From Patescibacteria group bacterium (GTDB lineage Bacteria > Patescibacteriota > Doudnabacteria > UBA920), in the NCBI GenBank assembly GCA_036726225.1, contig DAIMCS010000003.1, positions 73,769 through 137,768 of the forward strand: DNA of 64,000 nucleotides, in the 5' to 3' direction. The notes under the pieces are model-generated. The model saw only the letters and a list, made by a program, of their open reading frames with translations, made no database searches and had not been told where the DNA came from. Positions 46,857 to 58,568 of the stretch are shown piece by piece. The translations under genes and the position numbers were made by a program. Position 1 is the first letter of the stretch. Each line of letters starts with the position of its first letter.

Positions 46857-47537
46857 CTATTTAATTAAAGTACCCTTGAATTTTTTGCCTTCCAAAATAT
46901 GTCGGATGTTTTTTAAATTTTTACCGTTGGCAATTATTACCTTAAGCTTTAATTTTTCGGCGAGCCTTGCAGCGGTTGGGTCAAAGGGTAAATTTTTACC
47001 GGGGTCCCATTTGTTGCCAACAATTTTTCTAAAATTTTTCCAACTAATATGTTTAATCTTTTCGGCCGCCTTAAACTTGCGGGGATCTTTGGTGTAAACG
47101 TAATCTATGTTACTTAAGTTTATTACAGTATCTGCGCCATAAATTTTCGCAAGCCTAATAGCGTCATCATCCGTGCTTCTTCCCGGCATCCAACCGCCGG
47201 CCACCAAAATTTTTTCCTTAAAATTTACCCTGTTGTTCGGATCTTTGACAACTGCCGGGTGAGCCAACCTGCCAAAAATTAAACGCACCAGCTGCGCGTT
47301 CAAGCGCGTTGCAAATATGCCCATCCAGTCCAAATCATCCCTTTTTGATTTAGCAACTGCTTTTAGTGCGCTTAAATACTCTCTCGCCGGCTTCCCACCG
47401 CCTGTAATTAAAATAAACCGGTTGCCTTTTTTTACCTGCCCCAAAACCAGCTGCCTAAAGTTTTTTAAAAAGTTCGAGTCAATTTCACCCGGGTTTATTA
47501 AGGAGCCGCCTAAGGATACTACAAATAGTTGGTTCAT
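46857..47537 (-). CDS. pyrH: UMP kinase, archaeal type
   Basis: VVSLGGS...ILITGGGKPAREY...GGWMPGRSTDDDA; colinear with archaeal PyrH. Confidence 0.75.
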   Translation of the reverse strand: MNQLFVVSLGGSLINPGEIDSNFLKNFRQLVLGQVKKGNRFILITGGGKPAREYLSALKAVAKSKRDDLDWMGIFATRLNAQLVRLIFGRLAHPAVVKDPNNRVNFKEKILVAGGWMPGRSTDDDAIRLAKIYGADTVINLSNIDYVYTKDPRKFKAAEKIKHISWKNFRKIVGNKWDPGKNLPFDPTAARLAEKLKLKVIIANGKNLKNIRHILEGKKFKGTLIK

Positions 47538-47541
47538 ATGG

Positions 47542-48483
47542 TTATTCGGAAGCAGGCGTTGAGCTTGCATTATTTAATAAGTTTATGTCAGCCACACAGG
47601 GAGTGCCTTTGTAACACAGGTAACCCTTGTTTTTATATCTTAAATCAATATAAAATAACCGGCTAAAGTCAGCGTCACTTAAATTGGAAGCCAGTAATTT
47701 CAACCGACTTAAAGCATCGTGCACGTCGGAATTCAAATCTAAGAATAATTTTACATTATTTTCAAAATAAACGGTAATCTCCGGGGTTTGCAAGTTTGTT
47801 GCCTCAAAATACGCGGACTTAGAGTTGACTATTTTAGCAAAAGAACGGTTGGCAATGCTTATAAAATTCACTTTTTCCATAGACATTACCTGCTGTCCTT
47901 GAGCCAGGTTTTTTTCTTCATCAACCTTGAGCAAAGCTAAATTGGGGGCGCTACTGGAAGCATAAACATCCAACTGTTTTGTAACCTGTCCGTCATTGGA
48001 AACTACATAGGTTGCATTTTTGGTTTGTAAAACTAACTGGTCAACCCTGGGCAAAACCCCGACTTCCAAGGAATTTGGAAAATCTCTTTTTATACTGACC
48101 ACTTCCATTATTTGGCTGTTATTTTTAAGGATGTGGTTTTTAAGGTTTTCTTTTGAAAGTAAAATTAAATTTTGCTGCGGCCAGGGAAGTTTTTGTTTCA
48201 AAAAACTACTAACGGAGTTAAGCAAATTAGCCTTAGCCTCGGCTTCAACCCCCACTACGTTTATATTTTTAACAAAAAAAATATTAGGCACATACACCAA
48301 GTAGACTAGTAGCAAAAAGCACAGGAGAGTAAAAAACCTGGCTGTCCATGTGCCCAAACCGATTTGAGAAAAAAAGCTTCCCCATTGCCCCTGGGGAATA
48401 TTTCTTTTTGTTCTTTTATACCCCCTTGCCTGCCTTAGCTGCCTTTGGAACCTGGAATTATGAAAACGAGAGTCTTTAAACAT
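47542..48483 (-). CDS. FtsQ/DivIB-like cell-division protein (POTRA)
   Basis: Basic tail, one TM, POTRA-like VKNINVVGVEAEAKANLL...KRDFPNSLEVGV. Confidence 0.55.
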   Translation of the reverse strand: MFKDSRFHNSRFQRQLRQARGYKRTKRNIPQGQWGSFFSQIGLGTWTARFFTLLCFLLLVYLVYVPNIFFVKNINVVGVEAEAKANLLNSVSSFLKQKLPWPQQNLILLSKENLKNHILKNNSQIMEVVSIKRDFPNSLEVGVLPRVDQLVLQTKNATYVVSNDGQVTKQLDVYASSSAPNLALLKVDEEKNLAQGQQVMSMEKVNFISIANRSFAKIVNSKSAYFEATNLQTPEITVYFENNVKLFLDLNSDVHDALSRLKLLASNLSDADFSRLFYIDLRYKNKGYLCYKGTPCVADINLLNNASSTPASE

Positions 48484-48517
48484 ACGCGGCTCAAATTAGG
48501 CAAAACTTTTTGGATTA

Positions 48518-49894
48518 CTACCTTTTTATTACGTCCTTTCCTACGTAAGGCCTTAAAATTTCCGGCACTATTACCGAACCGTCTTTTTGCTGATAGTTTT
48601 CCAAAATGGCAATTAAAATGCGCGGACTGGCAATTACAGTATTGTTTAGGGTATACACATATTTCATTTTGCCGTCCTGCGCTTTGTACTTGATGTTCAG
48701 CCTTCTGGCCTGCCAGTCTGTTAAATTTGAGTCACTGTGGGTTTCGCCGTAGTCCCCGCGTGCGGGCATCCAGGTTTCAATGTCGTACATTTTATATTTA
48801 CCCGCGCCCATATCCCCGGTGCAGATATTTAAAACCCTATATGGCAGTTTTAAATCCTGCAAAATGCCCTCGGCAAGTTCACGCATATCTTCGTGCCATT
48901 TGTCGCTTTCTAAAATATCGGCCCGGCACATTACCACTTGCTCCACCTTGGTAAATTCATGGACTCTATACAGCCCTTTGGCATCTTTGCCATAGCTGCC
49001 AATTTCACTGCGGTAGCAAGTTGACACACCGCATAATTTAATAGGCAAGTTGGCTTCGGTTAAAGTTTTATCTGCGTAATAAGCCAAAAGCGACGGTTCT
49101 GAAGTTCCCGCCAGGAACAATTCTTCTTTACCGGCTTCCGGGTTTATGGTGCTGCCGCCGGGTGTGGGGATTGGATAATCTTTAGACTCAATTGCCTGGT
49201 AAATTTCCGGCCGGCCGGCAGGAAAATGGCCGCTGCCAAAGAGGGCAAACTCCCTGACTAGTGTTGGGGGCACCATTAGCGTAAACCCGGCGGCCTGCAT
49301 TTTTTTAAGCGCATGCGAAACAAGCGCGTACTGAATTAATACAGCCTCGTTTTTTAAATAATAGCCGCGAAAACCCGAAGTCTTTACGCCCGCATCTACG
49401 TCAATTAAATCCAGCGCTTTGCCTATTGTAAGATGGTCTTTAATTGGGAAGTCAAACTTTTTGCTAATTTCTTTTACTTTGTCCGGGTCTTTAGTCGGGT
49501 CAACCACGCCTATTTCCGCGTTCCAGTACCTCCACGGCACGTTTGCACTCGCATCCGGCCCTATTGGGGTTTCTTGGCTCGGGATATTGGGAACAAGCGA
49601 CATTAAAAGGTCGAACCTTTCAAGGACAATTTTTAGCTGGGTTTTAATAACGCCTGTCTTTTCATCTACTTCCTTCATTTGCAAAAGCTTTGCCTTTTTT
49701 TCCTCTTCAGCCAGCTTGGGTATTTCTTTGGAGGCCTGGTTTTTTGTGGCCTGCAGGCTTTCCATTTCCGTCATTAAAACCCGCCTTTTGGCGTCTAAAT
49801 CCAAAAGCTCTTCTAAATTTAGCTCAACGCGCTTGTCTAAAATTGCTTTTTTTATTTTTTCCGCGTTGTCGCGCACGAACTTTATGTCCAGCAT
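48518..49894 (-). CDS. serS: seryl-tRNA synthetase
   Basis: N-terminal coiled-coil MLDIKFVRDN; class II core. Confidence 0.9.
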   Translation of the reverse strand: MLDIKFVRDNAEKIKKAILDKRVELNLEELLDLDAKRRVLMTEMESLQATKNQASKEIPKLAEEEKKAKLLQMKEVDEKTGVIKTQLKIVLERFDLLMSLVPNIPSQETPIGPDASANVPWRYWNAEIGVVDPTKDPDKVKEISKKFDFPIKDHLTIGKALDLIDVDAGVKTSGFRGYYLKNEAVLIQYALVSHALKKMQAAGFTLMVPPTLVREFALFGSGHFPAGRPEIYQAIESKDYPIPTPGGSTINPEAGKEELFLAGTSEPSLLAYYADKTLTEANLPIKLCGVSTCYRSEIGSYGKDAKGLYRVHEFTKVEQVVMCRADILESDKWHEDMRELAEGILQDLKLPYRVLNICTGDMGAGKYKMYDIETWMPARGDYGETHSDSNLTDWQARRLNIKYKAQDGKMKYVYTLNNTVIASPRILIAILENYQQKDGSVIVPEILRPYVGKDVIKR

Positions 49895-49905
49895 AAATTT
49901 AAAAT

Positions 49906-50322
49906 TTATAATTCTAAGAGCTCCATAATTTCTTTAGTTTTTGGCAAACAATTGCCATAGTCAACTTCTTTTAATTTGAAATATTTTAGATCCCCGACTT
50001 CCGGGTCGTTATTCTCAAGTCTGCCGCCAATTGCATGGCATTCATAAGACAAAATTACTATTTGCACCTTGCCTTCCGGCCAATCCCACACATTGTCGTA
50101 AACTCTAGGCAGGAGCCGGACAATTTTTACGTCCAGTCCGGTTTCTTCCTTCACTTCGCGCAGCAGCGCTGCCTCCGGCTGTTCACCCAGTTCAATTCCG
50201 CCCCCCGGAAATTCCCATTTGTCGTGTATTGCCGGATTTTCAGGTTGGTTTCTTTTAGCAAGTAAAATTTCTCCCTGTTCATTAACTATTAGCCCAACTA
50301 CAATCGTAATTTGTCTTCCCAT
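49906..50322 (-). CDS. NUDIX hydrolase
   Basis: Nudix box GGGIELGEQPEAALLREVKEETGL. Confidence 0.8.
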   Translation of the reverse strand: MGRQITIVVGLIVNEQGEILLAKRNQPENPAIHDKWEFPGGGIELGEQPEAALLREVKEETGLDVKIVRLLPRVYDNVWDWPEGKVQIVILSYECHAIGGRLENNDPEVGDLKYFKLKEVDYGNCLPKTKEIMELLEL

Positions 50323-50325
50323 AAT

Positions 50326-51843
50326 TTATTTTTTCGATTTGTGCTTTGCAGGTTTTGCGGAAGCTGCCTTTTTTTGCTCAATTCCGGTCTCTTTCATAAG
50401 CGGGAAAATAGTTGTCTCACGAATAGATTTGTCTGCCAGCACGGCAAATAAGCGCTCGCTTAAGCCAAAACCGGCCGCAGGCGGCATACCATATTCCATA
50501 GCTTCCACATAGTCTTCGTCTATCATTTGCGCTTCACTGTCCCCGGCTTCCCTAAGTTTCATTTGCTCCTCAAAACGCGCACGTTGGTCTAAGGGATCGT
50601 TTAACTCCCCAAAGCCTTTGCCCAGCTCCGTCCCGAAAGCTAAAATTTGCATTCTTTGGACTACTTTTGGGTTTTGCGGGTCACGCTTTGCCAGAGGCTC
50701 TAATTCTATGGGCTGGTTAATTAAAAAGATGGGCTTATCTTTGGCTAAATTGGTACGGACCGATTTTTTAAAAATTAAATCTATAAGCCTGCCCTTTTTT
50801 GCAAAAGGTTCATAAGTAATTTTATTTTTATCCGCGTATTTTTTTAATTCTGCTTCTGTTGCTTCCAGCGGGTTAATTTTTGTGTGTTCTTCAAAAATTT
50901 TGACATAGTCCACCCGTTCCCAGTGCCCGCTCCAGTCCACCTCCTGGCCGCTGTTGGTAATTTGCAGCTTGTCAAAAGTTTCCAAAATCACGTGCTGGTA
51001 CATTTGCTGGCAAAATTCCATCAACTTTTCAAAATCGCCATATGCCCAGTAAAATTCCATTTGGGTGTAGTCTTGCAGGTGTTCGGTTGATATGCCTTCA
51101 TTGCGAAAAATTCTGCCAATTTCAAAAACTTTTTCATAACCCGCAACCAGCATTTTTTTAAGCGGTAGCTCAAGTGAAATTCTAAGATAAAAATCCCTGT
51201 CCAGTGCATTATGATGCGTAATAAAAGGCTCGGCTTCAGCGCCGCCCGGGACAGCTTCTAGCACCGGCATTTCCAGCTCTAAAAAGCCTTTTTGTACCAA
51301 AAACTGCCTCATAGAAGACCAAAAACGGTTCTTTTTTACAAAAATTTCCCTTACGCCCGGGTCTGATAAAATATCCAAATACCTTTTGCGCAGGCGTGTT
51401 TCCTCATCTGCCAGCCCAAAATGTTCGCTTGGCAGGGGGCGTAAAGACTTAGCCAGTACTTTATAGCCTGCAGCTTGCAGCGTCTTTTCTTCAGTTTTAG
51501 TTTTAAAAAGTTTGCCGCTAACTTGTATAAAATCGCCAATGTCCAAATGCTTGAGAGCAAATTTAAAATTGTCGGCGCCAAGGTCGTCGGACTTAAACAG
51601 CACCTGGATTTTAGCAGTACCGTCCTCAATATGGACAAAAATTATTTTGCCCATATCCCTAAAGCTGCGGATTCGTCCCACTAAAGTCAGCGATTGGTCA
51701 GTGAGCGTGTCGAATTGTTCGATCGCTTCTAAATTAGTATGAGATCTTTCTGTAGAAGAAGGGTACGGATCTATACCCGCATTTTTTATTTCTTCAAGCT
51801 TTTTTTTACGGTTTAAAATGATGTCTTCTAAGCGTTCTGACAT
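50326..51843 (-). CDS. lysS: lysyl-tRNA synthetase, class II
   Basis: OB anticodon-binding domain + class II motifs (FRNEG, GxGxxRL). Confidence 0.9.
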   Translation of the reverse strand: MSERLEDIILNRKKKLEEIKNAGIDPYPSSTERSHTNLEAIEQFDTLTDQSLTLVGRIRSFRDMGKIIFVHIEDGTAKIQVLFKSDDLGADNFKFALKHLDIGDFIQVSGKLFKTKTEEKTLQAAGYKVLAKSLRPLPSEHFGLADEETRLRKRYLDILSDPGVREIFVKKNRFWSSMRQFLVQKGFLELEMPVLEAVPGGAEAEPFITHHNALDRDFYLRISLELPLKKMLVAGYEKVFEIGRIFRNEGISTEHLQDYTQMEFYWAYGDFEKLMEFCQQMYQHVILETFDKLQITNSGQEVDWSGHWERVDYVKIFEEHTKINPLEATEAELKKYADKNKITYEPFAKKGRLIDLIFKKSVRTNLAKDKPIFLINQPIELEPLAKRDPQNPKVVQRMQILAFGTELGKGFGELNDPLDQRARFEEQMKLREAGDSEAQMIDEDYVEAMEYGMPPAAGFGLSERLFAVLADKSIRETTIFPLMKETGIEQKKAASAKPAKHKSKK

Positions 51844-51857
51844 GTGTTTTCCCTGGC

Positions 51858-51933
51858 GTCATTCTGAAGAGCGCAGCGACTGAAGAATCCCTTATATTAA
51901 AGGGTTCCCTCGCTTCGCTCGGGACAAAATGAC
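51858..51933. repeat. structured intergenic repeat element (family member) in the lysS 5-prime UTR
   Basis: gtcattctgaagagcg...gaagaatcccttata-ttaaagggttCCCTCGCTTCGCTCGGGAcaaaatgac. Confidence 0.6.
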
Positions 51934-52046
51934 TTAAAAAGTCATTTTGATTATAACAAAAACCTCTCCTTTAGGCAAAAAAGGCGGTGCTTTGATTTCA
52001 GCGTGTAATCCGCGTTGCAGACTTTCAGCGTCTGTTCTGCGAGTGT

Positions 52047-52508
52047 CTATTCTATAGACACTATTTCGTACTCCATGTCCCCGGCGGGAGTTGCAACTTT
52101 AAACTTTTCGTGTGCTTTCCGGCCAAGGAGGGCTTTGCCAACTAAAGATTCGTTGGAAATTTTGTTTTCTTTGGGATTAGCTTCGTTAGAGCCGACAATG
52201 GTGTATTTGCGTTCCTGGCCGGAAACTTTTATGTGGGCTGTCGAGCCAATGGTTACGGTGTTACCGTGTCCGCTGGTGGTAATTATTTCCGCGTTTTTAA
52301 TTACATCTTCTATTTCCTGAATCCTGCCTTCAATAAAGCTTTGCTCTTCCCTGGCCTGTGCGTAATCTGCGTTCTCCGAAAGATCACCGTGTGCAGCCGC
52401 TTCGCGGATGCGCTCAATGACTTCCTTGCGCTTGTCGTCAACTAAATGCTTTAGTTCTTCGTTAAGTTTTTCCAAACCGTCTTTGGTCAGCAGGTATTTT
52501 TTTGACAT
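52047..52508 (-). CDS. greA: transcription elongation factor GreA
   Basis: N-terminal coiled-coil with acidic tip, FKBP-like C-domain. Confidence 0.9.
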   Translation of the reverse strand: MSKKYLLTKDGLEKLNEELKHLVDDKRKEVIERIREAAAHGDLSENADYAQAREEQSFIEGRIQEIEDVIKNAEIITTSGHGNTVTIGSTAHIKVSGQERKYTIVGSNEANPKENKISNESLVGKALLGRKAHEKFKVATPAGDMEYEIVSIE

Positions 52509-52703
52509 TTGAGAATTTCTCCATCTCGAGCCTGCCTGCCGGCAGGCAGGCAGGCGGAGCGAGAGATCTGTTTACTATCGATGCACAACAGATTTCTCCT
52601 CCGACTTCGTCGGACTCGAAATGGGATTATTATTTAAAGATTCCACCATAAACGGCGGAAGACTGCGTATAGTTTAAAGGAGATTTACTTTTGTGTCAAT
52701 TCT

Positions 52704-54770
<2,067 letters not shown>

Positions 54771-54893
54771 TTAAAATCTTACTAAAAAGGCATAAAAATA
54801 TGCCTTTTATTTATATAAATATTATAGCAGATTTTGTTCAAAAACTCTATCTTGTTTGTGGGTAATTTTTGGCTTAAATAAAAGAAATTCTAT

Positions 54894-55001
54894 GCCATTC
54901 CGATCCGCCGAAGGCGGAGAGGAATCCCTTAAAATTACGTTTCTATCGAAATTAAGAGATCCCTCCACTCCCCGCCAGAGGCGGGTCGGTCGGGATGACA
55001 T
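54894..55001. repeat. structured intergenic repeat element (family member) between pheS and gyrB
   Basis: Ends gccattccgatc / gtcgggatgacat; hairpins ccgcc-gaa-ggcgg, ccgcc-aga-ggcgg, gaggaatccctta / gagatccctc. Confidence 0.55.
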
Positions 55002-55014
55002 GATGAGAGGGGGG

Positions 55015-56157
55015 TCATCTTAGTTCCGCGTTAAACTGCTCCTTTGTCTGTTGATAAAGTTGGTTTTGCAAAGGCTCAACTTCTTCGGTTTTAAGAGTGC
55101 GGTCGGGAGACCTATATACCACCCTATAAGTATAACTGACTTTATCTTTTCCGAATTTTTGTTCGTTTTCAAACTTATCTTTAAGCTCAACCTGTTCCAC
55201 TAAATCCCCTGCTATGTCGCGTACAAGGTCAAAATAATTATTCGGCACAAAACTTTTATCGACAATAAAAGAAATGTCCCGGGTAATGGGAGGGTACTTG
55301 GAAACTTCCACAAACGACTGACCTAATTTTAATTGTTTTTTTACCCGCGGATCTTGTGACCAGAGCAGGCGGATGTCGGGCAAAGCCATACTAATTATTG
55401 CCAACCTCTCCAAACCAAAACCAAAAGCCCAACCGGTATAATTTTTCGAATCCACCCCGAGTTTGTCTAACACGCTGCCTTTAACCACGCCGCAGCCAAC
55501 CACTTCCACCCAGGCGCCGTTTATTTCAACTTCCATTTCCAAAGAAGGGTCCGTATATGGGAAAGTGTCTTTATTAAGCCGATATTTAACAGTGGGGCCG
55601 AATACCGCGGTTGCGATGTTGCCCAAAGCTTCTTCAAGGTCAGTTTGTGTAATAGTTTTAATAGATTTTGGCGACAGATACCAACCGTCAATTTGGTGGA
55701 AAACATTCATGTGTTTTCTGTCAATTTCGTCTTTGCGGTAAACTTTGCCAAAGCTAAAAGCGCCAACCGGTTTGCCTTCCTCGATTCTTTTTTTTACGCT
55801 CTCTTCGCGCAAATAGTAGTACCACATTATTGTGGTGTGGGTGCGCAAAATATTTTTGTCGTCCGCGTAGTAAGTGTCAGACTTGCTCCTTGCCGGATGA
55901 TCTTTGGGGAAATCGAACAGGTCAAAACTAATGTCAGCCGGAACAATTTCAGGCGTCTTAATGACATCTAAAGTTTTAAAATACGGGCTGGCCAAAATTC
56001 TTTTAACAATTTCCGCAATTGGACTGCCTTCTGTTCTGGACAAATCGGCCATATTTAAATAGCGCAGCATCCTTTGTGACTCTGCGTCTGTCCTGGTTTC
56101 TAATTCTTTTTTTAGCCTTGCTTCGTCCTCGGAGTTTATTACTATATTTTCAGGCAT
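55015..56157 (-). CDS. pheS: phenylalanyl-tRNA synthetase alpha subunit
   Basis: FPKDHPARSKSDTYY...RTHTT; class II core. Confidence 0.9.
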   Translation of the reverse strand: MPENIVINSEDEARLKKELETRTDAESQRMLRYLNMADLSRTEGSPIAEIVKRILASPYFKTLDVIKTPEIVPADISFDLFDFPKDHPARSKSDTYYADDKNILRTHTTIMWYYYLREESVKKRIEEGKPVGAFSFGKVYRKDEIDRKHMNVFHQIDGWYLSPKSIKTITQTDLEEALGNIATAVFGPTVKYRLNKDTFPYTDPSLEMEVEINGAWVEVVGCGVVKGSVLDKLGVDSKNYTGWAFGFGLERLAIISMALPDIRLLWSQDPRVKKQLKLGQSFVEVSKYPPITRDISFIVDKSFVPNNYFDLVRDIAGDLVEQVELKDKFENEQKFGKDKVSYTYRVVYRSPDRTLKTEEVEPLQNQLYQQTKEQFNAELR

Positions 56158-56167
56158 AATATGTGAC

Positions 56168-56581
56168 CTATTGTATCATTTCGGGGGAAAACTGACTACC
56201 CGGTAAAACATCACGTTTCAACAGCATAATTTCAGGTTTTTCAGAAAGTGGGCCAATCCCCAATTCAAATTCTGCGCAAATCATTCCCTGGCTTTCAACT
56301 CCCCGGATTTTTGCTTTCTCCAAAGTAAAAGGTTTATGATTCTCGTCATGGATGTTTTGGGCAATTTTGGCACCGGGCAAGGCCAAGGCCACCACATCGC
56401 CTTCACTAAAATTAAACGCGCCGCAAACTACCGGGTCTACAATTTTGTCGCCAACGTCCAGCTTTATGAGCCTCAACCTGTCGGCGTTAGGATGTTTGTA
56501 AATTGCCAAAACCTTTGCCGCAACAATGCCGCCAAAAGTTTTCTGACCGGACTTAAAAATATTTTTAAGAAAATCTAACAC
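56168..56581 (-). CDS. tRNA-binding domain protein (CsaA / PheT-N / EMAP-like)
   Basis: KHPNADRL...VCGAFNFSEGDVVALALPGA...IRGVESQGMICAEFELG. Confidence 0.7.
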   Translation of the reverse strand: MLDFLKNIFKSGQKTFGGIVAAKVLAIYKHPNADRLRLIKLDVGDKIVDPVVCGAFNFSEGDVVALALPGAKIAQNIHDENHKPFTLEKAKIRGVESQGMICAEFELGIGPLSEKPEIMLLKRDVLPGSQFSPEMIQ

Positions 56582-56593
56582 AAAAAAGTAAAT

Positions 56594-58030
56594 TTAATAG
56601 TCCCGGCATTCGTCTTGGTTACACATCCAGCCGGTGGTGCCTTCGGCCGGGTTACCTAAAACAGCCTTTATTGTGAAGGTGTCAAAAGTCCCTGAAGTTT
56701 TATATTCATAATCCTCTCCGGTCTTTGGGTCTTTGGGGATTTCGGAAATGTATTCAGGTGGCAAAACCGCTTTGTACTTGTCTTCTGCAGGGAAAACAAA
56801 TTGTTGGTTGCCGGCAATATGGTCCTGCGAATAAAGCAACAACGCGGTGCGCAACCTTTCTACATCTGTCTGTCTCTGGTTGTCATAAATTTCAGCCTCC
56901 TGAAAAGCCGCATCTTTCTGCGCGTCTGCCGCAGTTTTTTTAATTGCCTGCTTTGCCAACTCACTGTAAAAACTTAAAACAAAGTCGGAGCCGGTTTCGT
57001 TTACTTCATAAATATAAACGTACGGCTCTTGGTTTATTGGGTCGACCGGGTTAATGGCCACCTTCCAGTAAGGCTTTATCATAACAAACATAGAGGCAAA
57101 ATCTTCAGCCAGCGGGTAGGCCTTATTGTCGTCATAATACTTTACCAGGGCTATCTCCACGTTTTTTATGGCGTTGGAGCGTTGCGTGTCGCGGTCTTGT
57201 TGGGCTGCGGGCGAGCTGTCAACCTCATTGGGCAAACCGGCCGGCGGAGTCGGAGCCGGTGGGACTGAGGAATCTACTGCTGAAAAATTATACAAGGTTT
57301 TTAGAATTTCACCCAAAGACTTGAAAGTTGTCTGGTGTAAACCAAAAGTCTTCATTTTTTCGGTAAGCGCCTTAATTTGCTCCGGAGTCATAAGCAAACG
57401 GGTGCTAATGGAATAACCGCCCCTAAAATAATCCAAGTCCGAATATAGCTCGTCTTTTGCCGTATGGCTATCTAGCGGGTCAGTTCCAAAAACGTTCACC
57501 TCGTCCCCGTCTGCCAGCCCGTCTTGGTCGGAATCAGGATTGTTTGGGTCAGTGCGGCCGGAATGCTCTTCTAAATTACTTAGCCCGTCACGGTCAGGAT
57601 TGGCCTCGTCTCCGCAACTTGTAGGATCCGTACAGCCGGGAAAATACTTTTCCCGCCATTCTTTGGGCGTGGTAAAGCCGGGCTCTGAAGCCGGAGGCGG
57701 AGGCGTTGGACTCACCCGGTCCCCGGGGCCAACTACTACAATATCCGTTTCGTCAACTTTTGAGCCGTATTTGTAAATTAAAAAATAGCCTAAGGGGCCG
57801 CCAATTAGTAAAATTAACCCCATAATTATGTAAAACTTGTACTTTTTTTTGCTTCCCGCTGAATCGCTGCTTTGGGCCTCTGGGGTTTGTCTTGAAATTT
57901 GAGTTTCAATTTTAGGCTCAATAAAACCGTCATTAGAAGCTCTTCCCTTGGGCATAACATTAAAAAACCTGACTTGGTCTGTTTGATTTATGTCCTGCGG
58001 ATTTGGGTTTTGCCCAATTGGGTTTTCCAT
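56594..58030 (-). CDS. membrane-anchored protein with thrombospondin-type-3-like Ca-binding Asp repeats
   Basis: TM at aa about 65-85; DPNNPDSDQDGLADGDE, NPDRDGLSN repeats. Confidence 0.5.
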   Translation of the reverse strand: MENPIGQNPNPQDINQTDQVRFFNVMPKGRASNDGFIEPKIETQISRQTPEAQSSDSAGSKKKYKFYIIMGLILLIGGPLGYFLIYKYGSKVDETDIVVVGPGDRVSPTPPPPASEPGFTTPKEWREKYFPGCTDPTSCGDEANPDRDGLSNLEEHSGRTDPNNPDSDQDGLADGDEVNVFGTDPLDSHTAKDELYSDLDYFRGGYSISTRLLMTPEQIKALTEKMKTFGLHQTTFKSLGEILKTLYNFSAVDSSVPPAPTPPAGLPNEVDSSPAAQQDRDTQRSNAIKNVEIALVKYYDDNKAYPLAEDFASMFVMIKPYWKVAINPVDPINQEPYVYIYEVNETGSDFVLSFYSELAKQAIKKTAADAQKDAAFQEAEIYDNQRQTDVERLRTALLLYSQDHIAGNQQFVFPAEDKYKAVLPPEYISEIPKDPKTGEDYEYKTSGTFDTFTIKAVLGNPAEGTTGWMCNQDECRDY

Positions 58031-58049
58031 AAAATTTTTATTTTTTGCG

Positions 58050-58424
58050 TCAGACTTTTAAATTTAAAAACCCTTCGACTGCGGCTAAAAAAAGGATTAA
58101 GCTTGCTTCCACCCACCAAAAAAGCAAACCTTGGGAAAGCAAAATAAATGAGGCGACAATGAGTATGGCAATGAGTATGGCTTGGCGGAAACTATTGGAA
58201 AGATTAACCACATACAGTCCGGGCCAAAAAACTTGTCTCATACCGATTCCAAAAAGAGTAAACGCTCCCAAACATAGCAGGAATAAGCTTAAGTAGAAAA
58301 AAATAAATGCCAGCAGTGATGTGCTTTGCGGGTCGGTAAAGCTAACAATAGAGCCCAAAGAAAAGGCAGCCAGCAGAGTGCTAAAGCTGATTAACAAAAC
58401 ATGTCTTTTCGGGTTGGAGGGCAT
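58050..58424 (-). CDS. small 4-TM membrane protein
   Basis: 124-aa hydrophobic ORF. Confidence 0.4.
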   Translation of the reverse strand: MPSNPKRHVLLISFSTLLAAFSLGSIVSFTDPQSTSLLAFIFFYLSLFLLCLGAFTLFGIGMRQVFWPGLYVVNLSNSFRQAILIAILIVASFILLSQGLLFWWVEASLILFLAAVEGFLNLKV

Positions 58425-58568
58425 ATAAATCCGGCACCTTTTCTTACAAACTTAAAATAATCGTCAGTTACCGAAGGTTTGGTTGAAAAAATATAAGAAA
58501 AGTGCGGCCTAATGAAAAGGTGCTAAATAAATTATACCACTTTTTTTATTTTTCTCAAAATTTAGCGG